Source: Fistulifera solaris
Lineage: Eukaryota
Direction: 5' to 3'
Assembly: GCA_030295235.1 (NCBI GenBank)
Contig: AP026132.1
Span: 310,001 to 374,000, forward strand
Length of the DNA: 64,000 bases
Shown here piece by piece: positions 46,196-59,907 of this stretch. The number at the start of each line of letters is the position of its first letter. The stretch's first letter is position 1. The translations under genes were made by a program, and so were the position numbers. Below the pieces are notes generated by a model. That model ran no database searches, was not told the DNA's origin, and was given only the letters and a program-made list of their open reading frames with translations.

Positions 46196-48664
46196 AATGA
46201 TTGAAGGGGTATTTTTGTTTAAAGTGATAATAATGAATAATGAATCCATAAAATGATTTTGTTGATGTTTTCGTTTTTGTCGTCATTTTGGTTTCCGTAA
46301 AAAAATGAATGACATGTGGATAGTTTTAGTCGTACCGGTATAGACATTGGCATACTCATTCGTTCATTCTTTCGCAAGCATCTCTCTAATGGCGGCCTAG
46401 GCGACACGATTAAATCGTTGTGGACAAGGTGTGGATGTTATTGGTTCTCCGTAATTCTGTCTTTTCTATCAGCGTCCAAGAAGCATGAAATAAACATAAG
46501 AAGAAAAATGCAGCAATTGTAAAAGAAAGATGGGAATTACACAGGAGCAAAAAAAGCGTCGATCATCGATCGGTAAGTTCCTCATGCTGACTTTCGCACG
46601 CCGTGTTTATAGCCGGAGCGTCGAAAGGATCTTGTGACGTACAACAGGATGATTCGTCATCTCTTGGTTATTCTCGGAAATGCACGCGGCTACATTACAC
46701 TCTAAGAAATCTGCAAAGGTTTCGTTTAGTAAGATCTATAATTTTTCGATCTTCCTGTCGTTAGGGATGTTCCACATCCATCACCAAGTTTGAACCTTCA
46801 AGTTTTCGTTCGTACTTGATGCTATTTCGCTTTCGACAGACATCAATTTACCTTACTACCTCTTAGGCTGTTGCAGGGAAGGAAGCGTCAAAGCGTGCGC
46901 TACGGAAATGATGCACACGGTGCCTGAATGACTCTAAAGGTGACCGCAGTAAATGTGAGTGACGTAACAGTTCGCAATCGCAATGCGAAACGATGTAAGC
47001 TGCTAGATAGGCTCATGTGATCCTAAACAATTCTTTTTCGATAGAAGAAACGAATCCCCTCTCACGTCTAAGAATGTTTCACACTAGCACCGAATCAACA
47101 GTTCAAATTCATGTATGGGGCGAAAAAAGTAACTCACGTAATAGACAAGTCGCTCGTGGTACAGAGTGTAGCCCCAAATGCTAGGGTTATGAAAGACTCA
47201 CCTCATGATTATTGCATCACCAACAAGCTCATAAGGCGTCGGGTCGCGAAAAAGGTTCGGTTCGACAACGTCTCGCGAAGGCACCAACCGAGACGTCACA
47301 TCTGAAAATGTATAAAATGAGTGCACTAAGTTAGACCCTCTAGGATCAATCGTATTGCAAAGAAACAAAGGATCCACTCTCTAGGGAGTGCAGTGACGAG
47401 GCATTATTGCAGAAAAACGAAAAGATCAGAACGATCCCTTCCAATCCGCGCCTCGCGTATGCTCTACCACAAACGTAACGGATGCGCATCTACTAAAAAG
47501 TCGCGTACCCTGACTAGTTGTGGAACTCTTGCTTTGTTGGTCGTACCTGCTTGCTTCTATTGTTGTGTAACATAGGACAGAAAACGAAGCCATTAGTCAG
47601 AGTGTCAGAAAATACATGGAAGTGTTCGAGCTCTTGTGACTCAGTCTCCGACGGACAGGAACAGAGATTGAGTGTCTGAGAACGATAAATAATCCTTTCG
47701 CGAAAGACGAGTTCGAAGGGATGATATCTGTACTGCACATATCGCGGCAGCATCAACCTCGAATGCTGAAGAAACTTCATGACATGCAGTCGCTGACAGT
47801 CGACGAGTCAAGACCATGATCATCAACTTACAGATTACTATCTCAAAGAAACAATTGTCAATAAAATTGTTCTTTTAGGTGTTGTTTGTTATATTAGAAC
47901 TGCATCTTGTGGTCGAAAAAGAAACTTCGTTGCTCGTCATGGTCGGAAGCTTTCTCGGAAAGGATTGGAGATTGGAGGTTGTACGTAAATCTGCAATAAG
48001 ACAGACGGTCAGACGCTTCTACTATCGACTATGGTCTAAAATGTGATCTCATGTACAGTACTGAATCTTTGGTAGTACTTTTTAGTGGGCGCATTTTCAT
48101 TGGGCTTGTAATGTATTTCAGGCAGGCGCGCTTTCCACGTTCCGCTGAGGAATTACTATGGAGACCGGAGGAATTATGCCGCATAGTAAAGTGAATGTCA
48201 TTAGGAGCGGAACATCATTTTTGATCATTCACCTAATAAGAATAACTCATACTCTTCGTTGTACAATAGCAGTGACTATAAAACTCTTCATACCTGTATA
48301 TTCAGAAATTTTACCAGCGATGACCTCGATTTCGGTCGCCTTTTCTCGCCAGCAAGGACCTCCGCGCGCTCAACTCGTGTTGCTCTTCCGCAGTATCCTT
48401 CGCCTTTCCGAATAAAATAAAAATAACTTTGTTGAGGTGGGTAATAGCTTGTATTGATCATGTTTGCAATTAGAAAAGAAACAAGCAGCAAGAACGACGG
48501 AGCAAAGGCACCAAGGGACATCACCAAATTTTACACGAGAACGAGACGTGTTCTCGGCGATAACTGCTGCGCGGTTTGTTCTGTTTTGTTATTACGAAGT
48601 ATGAAATAAACACTCATGCTTTTTCTTTGTTTTGCAGTTTATATAAAAAGAAATCAGTGCAATC

Positions 48665-49248
48665 ATGAGTGTCGATATGGAAACCTGCCCAGCATCAGCG
48701 CCTTTCTTCGGCTTTATGGGAGTAACATCCGCCTTGGTGTTCGCCAACATTGGTGCTGCTTACGGAACTGCTAAATCAGGAGTTGGTATTTCTTCGATGG
48801 GTGTAATGAACCCCGGTCTCGTCATGCGAAACATTATTCCAGTAGTCATGGCTGGTGTGTTGGGTATTTATGGATTGATCGTTGCCGTTATTATTCAAGG
48901 TTCGATTGTACAACCTCAGAACGGCTTTAGCCAGTATTCACTCTACACTGGATTCGCACACCTTGCTGCCGGTCTATGTTGCGGACTCTCTGGATTAGCT
49001 GCCGGTATGGCTATCGGAATTGTGGGCGACGCCGGTGTTCGCGCAGTTGGACAACAAGAGAAACTCTTCGTGGGTATGATCTTGATTCTCATTTTCGCTG
49101 AAGCTCTTGGTCTTTACGGTACGTTGAATTACAAGGAGGCTCCCTTAGGCATCGTCACATTTTTCTCACTTTTTCTCTTTTTTCAGGATTGATTGTTGCA
49201 CTAATTCTATCCCAAAACAACTTCGTCTGCGAAGGCAATGGCAACTAA
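48665..49248 (+). CDS. V-type H+-ATPase 16-kDa proteolipid subunit c; intron 49119-49186
   Basis: [46 protein letters not shown] and [19 protein letters not shown] with the conserved Glu. Confidence 0.97.
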
Positions 49249-50873
49249 GACTTATTGTGTCGAACTTTGTTATTAAAGCGCCTGTTTATTTCAATTTTTG
49301 TGTCTAGCATGTGCGGTTTGCTTCTAAATAACTTGCGAGCTAGTCTAGAGTTTGCATAGTTTATCTTTTCATCCCTCAAGCTCGAGCTGGATTCATTTTG
49401 CTTACAGCTGGTGTCCGATCGTCTCAACTCCATGTAGCCCTCGTAGAAGCCTACCACAACGGAAAAAATATGATTTGAGTACCGGTCCAAAAACTCCTCC
49501 AAACTCTTTTTATCGCGACAAATTTCGTGTTGTTTCGACGATGCCGATCATACCATTCGATCACTGATAACTCGTCCTAAACATCTCACCTCGTGGATCG
49601 AAAAACATATAATGTGTAACTTTTAATTTCGCGTCGAACGGTATAACTTGATCCACGAGATCAGATCATGACGGACTTCAAAAACATCGCAAGAACAAGG
49701 CACTCACTTGTTGGTCAAGTTGAATTGGACGATTATCATGAATACGTTGATCTGTGACGAAATTTTCTTCCCGTTTCTTATCAAATACAGCCCATTTTCG
49801 GCAATTACGTTTAAGAGGGACTTTAGACGTGCCAATTTCGTCCGATCAATCCTATTCGAAGTCCCTCGTTAAATGCCTCATGTTGGTCTTCCGGAAGTTT
49901 ACCGTAATCAAATCAAGGTATTATGACCAAATAAAGAAAGCAAGCGCGCGGTTCATTGTAACTTCGGCAAGCTCTTATGAAGAGAGGACTTGGGGCGATG
50001 GCAATCACGCAAACGACCTCGAAAAGATAGTAAAGAAGCTAAAGACTTCCGCTGTGTCATGAATTTTGACGGGTGTTTCGTCAGGGCAGTGGTGAATACA
50101 AAGCGCAAAAAAACTTTGTTGAGAAAGCAGCTTGAGACATCAAATGAGTGGAGCGATTACCAGCCATCAGATAGAGAATTTGACGAGGAACTGGCATAAC
50201 TAATAATTTTATATACTAATTTGTCAAAATTTCCATCGTGTTTGCTTACTGGTGATAGAGTTCTGCTTCAGACTGAGTAAGCTATTAAATATAATTATGA
50301 GGTATTTTAGTCAAACAAACCTATACAAGTGGGAATCGTCGCCTGCATAACATAGTTAACATGACTCATGACTGACTAGTGACTGAGGCGAAAATCTAGG
50401 TTAATTTCATTTCAAGGTCAAGAAAACACGAAATCGAACCAGCTAACGTAGATTATATTCCTACATGTGTAAGATTGTCAACAGAAGGAATAAAATGTAA
50501 TTGAAATTGAGTTCATGATTATTCTTTCTTAGATTCTTTACTTTCAATTTACTCCTACGGAGAAATGGGACGTAGAATATGTACTACACGTAGATTTTCG
50601 TACGAGGGTACATGGTGCTGTGACGATCGGCCACCAGCTGTACCTCTTCGCTGTGACCGGTGCGAATGCGGCGACTTGTGTCGGGCCCGCGCGTTGTATA
50701 GCATTTATAGTAAGTGAACTGACAAAAGTTGGTGACCGTGAAAAGCGCGAACACAATGCGATGCGTGCGTTTCATTGGTGATGTCTCCGTCTTCATTTGC
50801 TACTGGTACAAGGTGTATGTTCACCGTATAAATACAGAGATACCTCTTCCTAAGATTGTATCAAAGCATAAAC

Positions 50874-52158
50874 ATGGATAGTGAGGAGGATCAACTTTCT
50901 GCTCAAGAACAAGGCAAACCAGAAGATGATTCGGGCGAGGTGCAAGGGTCCTTAGGAATGCGTCCGGTATTCTTGGGCAATCTCGTCCCCAACTTTTCCA
51001 CCGATGATCTCAAAGATATCTTTGAGAAGCCCGTTCAGCCCAAGCCTGATAAATCCTACGAACCCATCCCTGTGGATCGCGTGGATCAAAAACGGGGTTA
51101 CTGCTTTATCTTTCTGAAGGACGCAACCTCTCCAGCCGACAAAGCGAGAGTCGAAGACTTCATCTCGGATCTCAACGGAATGTAAGCAACATATCTACTT
51201 CTTCTTCTACGTGATTGTTGACTACCTTCGCTACACTACTTCTTCTGGTGGCTTTTCTTCATTTTAAAACTCCTCCATTCACAGCGTACCTACTGTCTTA
51301 CTGCGCTCTCTTCCTCTTTCGCTACGCCCTTCGTCATCGGCCTTCTGCTGCGTTGCACTGACTCTTTCTTTTTTCTCTGCTTGTTTCTACTTACAACAAC
51401 ATCAGGGATATCCCCAACGTATCCAAGGCTCTTCGCGTCGAATTCGCTCGTGGAGATGGCCGTGTCAAGCGCAAGGAAGATGAGCGTCGCAAGAATATTG
51501 AGCCTTCGGACACGTTGTTTGTCGTCAATTTTCACGAAGAAACGACGCGCCAAGAAGATCTGGAGTTTTTATTTCAGCCCTTCGGAGAGCTTCTGCGTAT
51601 CGATATGAAGCGCAACTACGCCTTTGTGCAGTTCAAGACGATCGAACAGGCGACAAAGGCGAAAGAGACGACGAATGGAGGGAAACTGGATCAAGCCGTC
51701 TTGACGGTGGAGTATGTAGCGCGTCAACGAGACAGCAATAATAACAACAATAGAAGACGCCGAGACCGCGGGGACGATCGTCGTCACGGCCGCAACGATC
51801 GTATGGATACCCGCCGTCGTCTCGATCCGGGGCCGCCTCGGCATTATCGCAGGGACAGCCCTCCTCCGTACCGAGGAGGTCGTCGCAGTCGTAGTCGATC
51901 GCGGTCTCCTCCCTACCGACATGGTTACCGCTCGAGGTATGTGTCCTACTTATTTGATGTCTTTTGTGTACATTCATTCTCAAATTTCGCTTGATTTTCA
52001 GGAGCCCTCCCCGTGGCCGCTACGAAGACCGTTATGATGACTTCCGAGACCGACGTGGACCTAGCCCTCCACCTTACAGGGGTCGTAGTCCGGACCGGGA
52101 CCGTGGTCGTGACTTTTATCGCGATGATCGCGAACGAGACCGTGGTTATCGTGGATAA
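50874..52158 (+). CDS. SR-family splicing factor with two RRMs and an RS domain; introns 51182-51405 and 51937-52001
   Basis: RRM1 RPVFLGNL...KRGYCFIF...LRVEFAR; RRM2 TLFVVNF...RNYAFVQF...LTVEYV; RSRSRSRSPP tail; both splices keep the frame. Confidence 0.9.
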
Positions 52159-52328
52159 GCTAAGGGTTAGATGAGACAAGGAACTCCGCCCCCTCGAGCG
52201 TCGAGGTCAATGTCATTTCGGTTTGCCTACTAATAATGCTTAGCGATAAATGTATTCCAACATTGACCCTATAAATTGTTTGGTTATTAGTGACGATTCA
52301 GCATGCATCCGAGGAGATGGTGAAATCT

Positions 52329-54192
52329 CTAGATGGACAGCTTCAATCTGAAAAATTGAATGCTTTGCAAGACAAACAGCCCAAAGTTGGGAATAGATAA
52401 ATCTTCTGTCATACGAATGAATGTCATTTTTGGGCCTTCTTCTATGGATCCTTTTCGTCTTTTTTTCTGCATAATGGCTTTAGTGTAGACTGATAAAAGT
52501 GTGTCAGCTTCTTCTTCAATGCCCAAGGACGCAGCAATGCTTAGGGAAGTAGGACGGACTTCCAAAGCCGCGGTCGAAATCGGTGTCACACTCCGTATTA
52601 AATCTGGCGACCAAGGGGCCGTTCCAGATTGTAGACTGACAGCATTTGACTGTATGCGCGACACCCGAATCTTCTCTTCGTTCCCTCGTTTAACTTTCGC
52701 TTTCCCGTTTCCTTCCGAAGACTTTTCTTTTTGACTTCGACTTCCTTCTTACACGCTTCCAGCCAATGGCATGAGTAGTGTCAAGTTTTGAGAAGGTAGG
52801 TAATGTCCCCGATTCCCTCTGTTTCGTATTGTTGTTACCAGTAGCATTAACCAAGTATTCGTCGTCAGACGTCAATTTCTTTCCATGATCTCCCATTAAT
52901 CGATTCGAGTGATCTTTGATCAGGTCAGCATCAAGTTCGTTTTCTCTTTGTATCTTGGAAACGCAAATGCGATCGGTATTTCGACGATCAATTTTGCGCG
53001 GGGCATTACGCTTCGATGTGCCAGAATTTTCACGTTGGCCTACTACCAGAGGTTCCTCGTCAGCACTATGTATCGAAGCCGATTCGGTTTCCTCTAAACC
53101 TGGCATTACATTCAGCGAGTCGACAAGCCTCTCCTTGCAGCGCAATTGTTGCTTCGATAGGTTTAACGTAAGTTGCTCTCCCGTGGATGAAATAAGAGAG
53201 TGTAGATGATTGCTATGGTCTTTTGTATGCCTGCCAACTTTTTCGTAGTCTTCGACACGATTCGCCTGGTTATTCGAAGCACGGCGTTTCTGTAGTAAAC
53301 GATCCGGTTTTCTCTCTTCGACGATTGAGAACGATCGAGCTGATTGATTCGGTGGGGAACCAGCGCCACAGCTCTCCCGCGTAATATTATTCTGTTCTTT
53401 AAGAAGCGCTTTCAGAGAAGCAATGTTTTTCTGGGCCGGGAGACTCTCACTGTCATGTACATTGCTGTCCTCCTCCCAGGACGATACCCTGTCAACTTGG
53501 ATGTTGTCGATATCAGAAGTATTCGACAACGTCGAGTTGAGAAGGGAAGTAACAGGTACGGAATTCCGGCGCCGTCGTCTTCTCATCGACAGGACGGCCT
53601 TACTGAGAAACCCTCCGGTGTCACTTAGGCCGTCCGAGTCGCCGGATAAGCTAAGGCTCTTCCGACGGGGCCACATCATGTACTTGCGCGGAATCCATTG
53701 ATCCGAAATCACCGAAGCGCTTTCGCTCCGGCGATCCAAACTTTCGCTCCTAGTACGGAGGCTCGTTGTACTGTTGAGGCCGGAAAAATCCATGGGTTTC
53801 GAAGGTACAATCGGCGGCGAATTTTCTTCATCCGTAAATATGAACAAGCGATCCGCCTCGTCGGGACTGTAAATGTCGGTCAGCGTTATCAAAGGATTCG
53901 AAATATCTTCGTCGTCCTCAATGGTCGACCAAGAGTCGCCTTCGACATAACTGTCTTCCAAACTCGAGACCGAAGCCTCGTCGGAAAGTGTCAGAATCAC
54001 GTTATCGTCGCTTGTGTCAATCTTACTGATCGGTATGCCTAAATTTTCGTCTACGAAGCCTCCTGGATACACCGCAGGGTCTGAGCTGTAGGAGCATTGG
54101 TCACTGTTGGAGGAATTTCGGTCCTGATCATCATCATCATCAGAATGTCTTCTCGTTGCTTCATCCGACGAATGGGATGTTCGGGGTGGCAT
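52329..54192 (-). CDS. Hypothetical Ser/Asp-rich low-complexity protein; probable frameshift near 52700
   Basis: 500-aa ORF plus an adjoining 111-aa ORF on the same strand; no recognisable domain. Confidence 0.6.
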
Positions 54193-54682
54193 GGTGAGGA
54201 ATTTGAATGTTGTAATAACTCCGTAACAAGTAGTAGTTGCACCTCAATGTGACAATATTTATTTTTGCACCTCAACGAGAAAAAAGATCGGGAAGATAAA
54301 AATGCGCGTTCGTTTTTATTGCGCAGGCGTTTCGGAAAGAGTGATCTTCCCTATAAGTAAATCGTCAAAATAACGGTTATTTGTTTTCAAGCTAGATTGA
54401 CGTTTGCGGAAGATATTTTTGTTACGGTATCTGGGTACCGGTAAAAGTCGCGCACGCAAATGCGATAAGGGCAACGGACAGACTACCTTTTGCAAAATGC
54501 AAAACCCATCACACGCATCCCAAAAACGAAAAAATAGCACGCCAACTAGGTGCAAATCCTTGACGACAACATCTCTGTTTCATTCGATTGCAGCCTCTCT
54601 CAAACTTGTGGTTTTGGAACCAGACGGTCGGTCGAGGACTGTGTGGTCTGTCGAGCGCTAAGTGAAACTCTGGAAATCCTTC

Positions 54683-56074
54683 ATGAATCGATGCATCCTA
54701 CGACACATGTCGACACGATTTTACAGAAATTATACGAGTTTACCATCCTCCATGTCCACTTCCGCCATACAGGACAATCCCTGTTGGGGCTCTCCGGAGG
54801 CGTGTTCCCTCAAAGATCTACTCACTCAATATTCCGATTGGATTGTTTACGATTCCGGTGATTACATCGGCTTGAATAAACCACCGGATTGTCGGATGGA
54901 TGGACCCCATAAGGCCACCGTTCTCAAGCTGTTGACGTATCTGTATCCCACCCAGCAATTGCAAAATGCGTTTCCGGACGAAATAGAGCGTCTAAACTAT
55001 ATTATACAAAACGTACACCAGTTTGGTGACTGTGAAAAGTATCTCACTGCCGAGGGCGATGGTACGCCTCTGCGTCCCTGTCATCAATTGGATTATGCGA
55101 CATCGGGTGTACTGTGGATTGCCCGCACGGCCGCAGCGGCCAACATCGCTCGTCAAGCGTTAGAACAACGGAGGGTGTCGAAAACCTATGTGGCTCTGGT
55201 ACACGGTCATGTGTCATCCGAATCATCTCCAGTTAATTACGACCAGGTCGATGCATGGTTGCAACGAACGGAACGTAGGTATCGAAAGCAACGACAAGGA
55301 GCGTCCTTGAAGGGATCCTTGCCTCCTCATTCCATATTTCACTTATGGAAGACACAGCAGCTAAAGAACGAGCACAACAAGAAACGAGTTCGACAAGAAC
55401 CCGTTTTCCAAGACGAGGAATGGCAACAGTTGTGGGCCCCGCTGCACGAGAATTTATCAAAGCAACCTAAAGAGTTTAAAGAGCAGTTGCTGCAAGCTGA
55501 CTGGAAACTCGTAAAGAAAGAATACTCAACGCTGACGCGGTACTTTGAAAATGTTTCCGAGGCATACAACACTCGACTTGCGAAGCAACGGACTCAACAA
55601 ACGAAACACGATGATGAATCCGAACAAATACCCCATGTGTTTCGTACATCAGAGGATGTTCAGAGTTTTTTCATCGCGGTGCCTATTGGGCAAGACGACA
55701 ATGACTTCCCCATGCGGATACCTCCCAGTTATAAGGAAATGGCATTCATGGCGAAAAATGCCACTTTGCAAACAGGTGACGCCTCGATGGACTATAAGCC
55801 CTCCCTGACACGGTGTACCATAGTTCAACAAGGAACTCTGGATGGCCAATGCGTCACCAAGGTTCTTTTGGAACCTAGAACGGGTCGTCGACACCAACTA
55901 CGAGTACATATGGCTTTGTTAGGACATCCGATTGTTGGGGACTTGACATACTGCAATCATCAGAGTGAACGATCTGGGCGAATGTGTCTACATTCGTTTC
56001 GTCTCCAAGTAAGTGACCCACTGCTGGACATGGAAGCCCCTGATCCATTTACTATAGATGCCGAGACACGATGA
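54683..56074 (+). CDS. RluA-family pseudouridine synthase (RPUSD1-like); start uncertain
   Basis: NKPP, catalytic HQLDYATSG, KTYVALVHG, TGRRHQLRVHMALLGHPIVGD and RMCLH motifs. Confidence 0.92.
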   Translation: MNRCILRHMSTRFYRNYTSLPSSMSTSAIQDNPCWGSPEACSLKDLLTQYSDWIVYDSGDYIGLNKPPDCRMDGPHKATVLKLLTYLYPTQQLQNAFPDEIERLNYIIQNVHQFGDCEKYLTAEGDGTPLRPCHQLDYATSGVLWIARTAAAANIARQALEQRRVSKTYVALVHGHVSSESSPVNYDQVDAWLQRTERRYRKQRQGASLKGSLPPHSIFHLWKTQQLKNEHNKKRVRQEPVFQDEEWQQLWAPLHENLSKQPKEFKEQLLQADWKLVKKEYSTLTRYFENVSEAYNTRLAKQRTQQTKHDDESEQIPHVFRTSEDVQSFFIAVPIGQDDNDFPMRIPPSYKEMAFMAKNATLQTGDASMDYKPSLTRCTIVQQGTLDGQCVTKVLLEPRTGRRHQLRVHMALLGHPIVGDLTYCNHQSERSGRMCLHSFRLQVSDPLLDMEAPDPFTIDAETR

Positions 56075-56115
56075 GTTAGAAAAAGCTATCGAACTTTGCA
56101 ATTTAATAGTTTTTC

Positions 56116-59100
56116 CTACGTGGCTTTTTTGTCGTGCAATTTTGAGGCTAGTTTCACCACATTCGTAGAATTGATTCCCATCTGATAAAGCCACTTAACA
56201 GCCGTCCATTCAACTGAATCTTGTTTAATCGAAAGAGTTTTCCGATCCCAGGCACTTGTAGCGAGATGCGCGACCTTGGATAGAATCCAGGGGTGGCGTG
56301 GGCCGTGCAAGTGACTCGCTATTAGTATACGATAGCATTCTACCTCCAAGACATCATCATCAATCGCATTCGCGAATTCATTAAACAGAGTTTCTTCGTC
56401 AGTGCGATCACCGCTTTGAGAAAGCGTCTCACTGAAAAATTGTGGGAGGTGATCGCCAACGCGACCGCTGTCCACAGAATCCTGTTCCGTATGTTGCGAA
56501 TCTACGTCGGTCAATAGTTCGTAAAGTTTGTCAAGATCAGAAGCGTCGGCTCCTTCGTCGATTCCGCGCGGTACAGGCTGTTCCAATGAACCAAGAGTTG
56601 ACCTAAAAGTTCTGTAAAAGGGAGTCGACTTTGCCATAAAGCTGAATTCAATGAACTAAAATCGTATCGGGTCGGTATTTTCAGGCCAAGGACACAGGAA
56701 TGCCACCACCCCTTTCTATTTCGCCCCCACCAATGCTTCGATGATTCATCAGCTCGCTCTAAATAAATATGGTCGATGTAACGATCCGAAATGAGCAAAC
56801 TGCATTGGGGACATTCTTTTTGACGCAAAAACGCTTCGTCTTTAACTCCGCTGCAGTTGGTCGACATCCCACTGCCCCCAGTTCAAAAGCGAGTATGCGC
56901 CAATTCTTTTGCATGACGGATCTTGTTCTAGAGATCTAGCAGCTGCTTCGATTCTAACCGAGTAATCATCCGCTTGACGTGAAAGACCTTGACAGGCATC
57001 AAAACAAGAATATGCCCAAAGGGCCAAATGATGTTTGTGAATTGATTTCAAAGCGTGAGTTTTTTCGTGTGAGCAAGGTGAGCCTAGTAAAAGTGCTACA
57101 ACCTCGTGCCATTCCAAAAAGCTGGTGACTGCGAGATGCACGTCTGAAGATAGTGCTACATGGGTTTGATTGCGTTGTTTCGATGCCAATTGAAACAAAA
57201 GGTATAAAGCGCGAGCAGTGTCTCGCCTCGTCTCCTCAAATTTCGGAAGCGGTTGACGACTCAGTTCCTGACCCGAGGATGGCTGGAAAAATGCACCCGA
57301 ATCAATGCGATTACCAGCGCACAAAAGCAGCGAGCAACCAAGAGCGGCGAGGTGCCAGCAGTGAAAATTTAATTCCGTGGGATCCCGCTCAATGCATTTG
57401 AAGAAAATTTGACTTGCTTGATACATGGCGTATTCGAGTTCAATAACGGAAACAGAGTTCGTTGAAGATGACTTTTCTGTAAGCATTCCATTCCGTTCTA
57501 GATGAATCAGGATTGAGTGCATCCATTTGAACGGCATCCTGTCACCTTCTTCGTTCAAAGGCTGCAACATTAGTCGTGCAACACTTTCTGGAAGATCTTT
57601 TGCTATTCGAAACAATCCATTGACTACATGATAGTCGCCAAATCGTTCCAATCCTATCGTCTGATCAACTTGCTGATAAATTTCATAGAATTCAGCAGCA
57701 ACCTCTTTACGCTTGAGAAAGACGTCGATACATCGTCGAGGTATGAGTCGACAGTTGTTTGCCCCTCTTTGATTGTTGTGTCCGCATGTGCCGGGGAACT
57801 ATCTTCTGCGAACCCCAAAAGGCCGTTTATCACCAATGAATAGTATCCCATCCAGCTTTTATAAACATGAGGCAGCGGCCAATCATCTTCGGCAGATGCT
57901 AAAGTAGCAAATCTGGCAATTTTCTTGTTCAGATCGATTGCCTTCCGGAACATGCTTTGAATCTGTAAGCAGATGTCTTCTGTCGACGTGTTCGATTTGA
58001 TATTCGCAGCAAATATCGCTAGAAGATGGGCACTTGTTAATGTTATAGTAGACTCCTCAATCATTACCCTGCCGGTAATATAGTTGGAAAACTTGTCAGG
58101 AGGACCCAGGATGACCCCACTTTCATCTAATGGGTGCCGGGGAACTGGAGGAATCGTTCCAGGCGTGAATGCGTACGAGACAACAGCGCGTAAATCAACC
58201 TCTGCCTTTGTCGCGACAGTTTTGCGGACACCACTATATTTCTTTTGAGGACCACCTGCCGAAATCGCTCCGCGACTTTGTGTTTTCCTCAGTTTCATAA
58301 TCTCCGTTTGCTTGTAGTCGAAACCGGCTACGTCTAGCCGATACCCAACGTGCGGCCCAGCCACCTGCAATTCTTTCGAAATACCCAACAGTTCGGCCAC
58401 TTCGCTTCGGTTCTTCCAAAGATGACTCCAAAATAGGTGATACCGATTGGCCGTTTCTTTCGCCACATTGCGTATCAGAATCGTATTACTACCCTCCAAC
58501 ATGTCCGAGTTCCACAAACACTGCAGGAAACGGGTCGTGGTATGAGCGTCCCTGTGCCGTCCACTCGCGAGCAAAAAACGCGCCGCCAATCGAAGCACTT
58601 GTCGTTTGTGCACGAACTGCGGCGAGCAATACAAGTTGTGATCCAGGGGAGGAAAGGTCGATTCTTGTAGTTTGAGTCGATGCGTTACAGGAATGGGACG
58701 GAGTGTTATGGCTTCCCCGGAAAGTTTGGGATAAGGTTGGGTGACTTTCACAGATTTCTGCACGACCGCTTGTTTCCGCTGCTCATAATATTGGCGCAAG
58801 GGGTCCAAATCGTCTGGTTGCACGAACCCTCGATCGTGAAAATTCATTTTCTCTTCATACGGAATAAAGATATCATTCTTTTCCCTCTCTTCTTGTTCTT
58901 CCTGTAATTTGCGTTTCTTCCTTTTCTCTTCTTGCCCGCTACTTTGAGTCAATTGACGCAATATGGCTTCCTCTTCTTCATCGGACGTATCGACAAGTTC
59001 CGTCGGATGTTCGGGTGACGGTACGATCGGTTCCGTTTCTGCAGGCGGAACACTAGTATTCTGCAAAAATACTTGTTGCAGTACATCACCCACGTCCGTT

Positions 59101-59516
59101 TCCTCGCGAAAGTTGACCCGACGTCGTTTCCACTGTTGTCGCATATGGAGCCACTCACTCGTTCGCTCTAACTTGGCACGCCGTTCCTCGGTCATGGTCG
59201 TTTCCTGTCGGGGTGCTTTCTTGACGACTGGTGGATTGAGAGACGCTTGTAAGGGATCCTCATCATTCGCTGTCGAAGGATTAAACAGTACATCCATGCG
59301 CTGTACAATGGAAGGCACAGCGGCGGTGTTGTTAGAATCTTCCGTTGTCTCATTGTTGTTGCTGGTGGTAATGTCAGCGTGTGCTCGTTTTCGTGAAGCC
59401 TTTTTGGCGTCTTTTCTTCTTTGGTGGTTCCTGTTGTTGCTGTTGCTCCTCGTGCGGCTGCTGCTGCGGCTCCTCCTCCTCCTGCTGCTGCTGCTGCAAC
59501 TGTTCTTCATCGTCAT
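56116..59516 (-). CDS. Large hypothetical protein with basic N-terminus and helical body, split by frameshifts
   Basis: Four abutting same-strand ORFs (57654-59516, 56842-57651, 56511-56867, 56116-56637); no family recognised. Confidence 0.55.
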
Positions 59517-59907
59517 ATCCGTAAATCAAATCATGAAGACTCTTCATGTTATCGCTCGAAGACGGTAGTAACTTGACGAAAGAAAGAAAATATCGAAAGT
59601 GAGAAAAACGCGTTTAGGACTTTTCATTTTATTTTCTCTCCTTTTTTACGGTTTTCGTCGCATCAAATCACACGGACGACGTACAAATTATGGCCGTTAC
59701 GACAAGCGCACGTTCTTTTGACACTACCTTTGTGTACTACTTGAGTACCGTATGAGACTGATGTTCGCATGATTTTGATGGATGCCAAATGCCAACGAAA
59801 CAGAGCGCAACCTTGAGCGCAACAACATCCGTCATCGTCGTTTCTATCATCATATTATTATCTAATCATCAGCACAACTATCAGTACCTGTACTAAGAGA
59901 AGAAAGC

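Noticed and set aside
48665..49248. V-ATPase c as part of a silicification gene cluster with the membrane proteins
   Set aside because: A universal housekeeping gene 2.4 kb from the cluster; proximity alone is not evidence.
59430..59500. CTG/CTC trinucleotide run
   Set aside because: Encodes the Ser/Arg/Asn low-complexity N-terminus of the hypothetical protein; an ordinary coding microsatellite.
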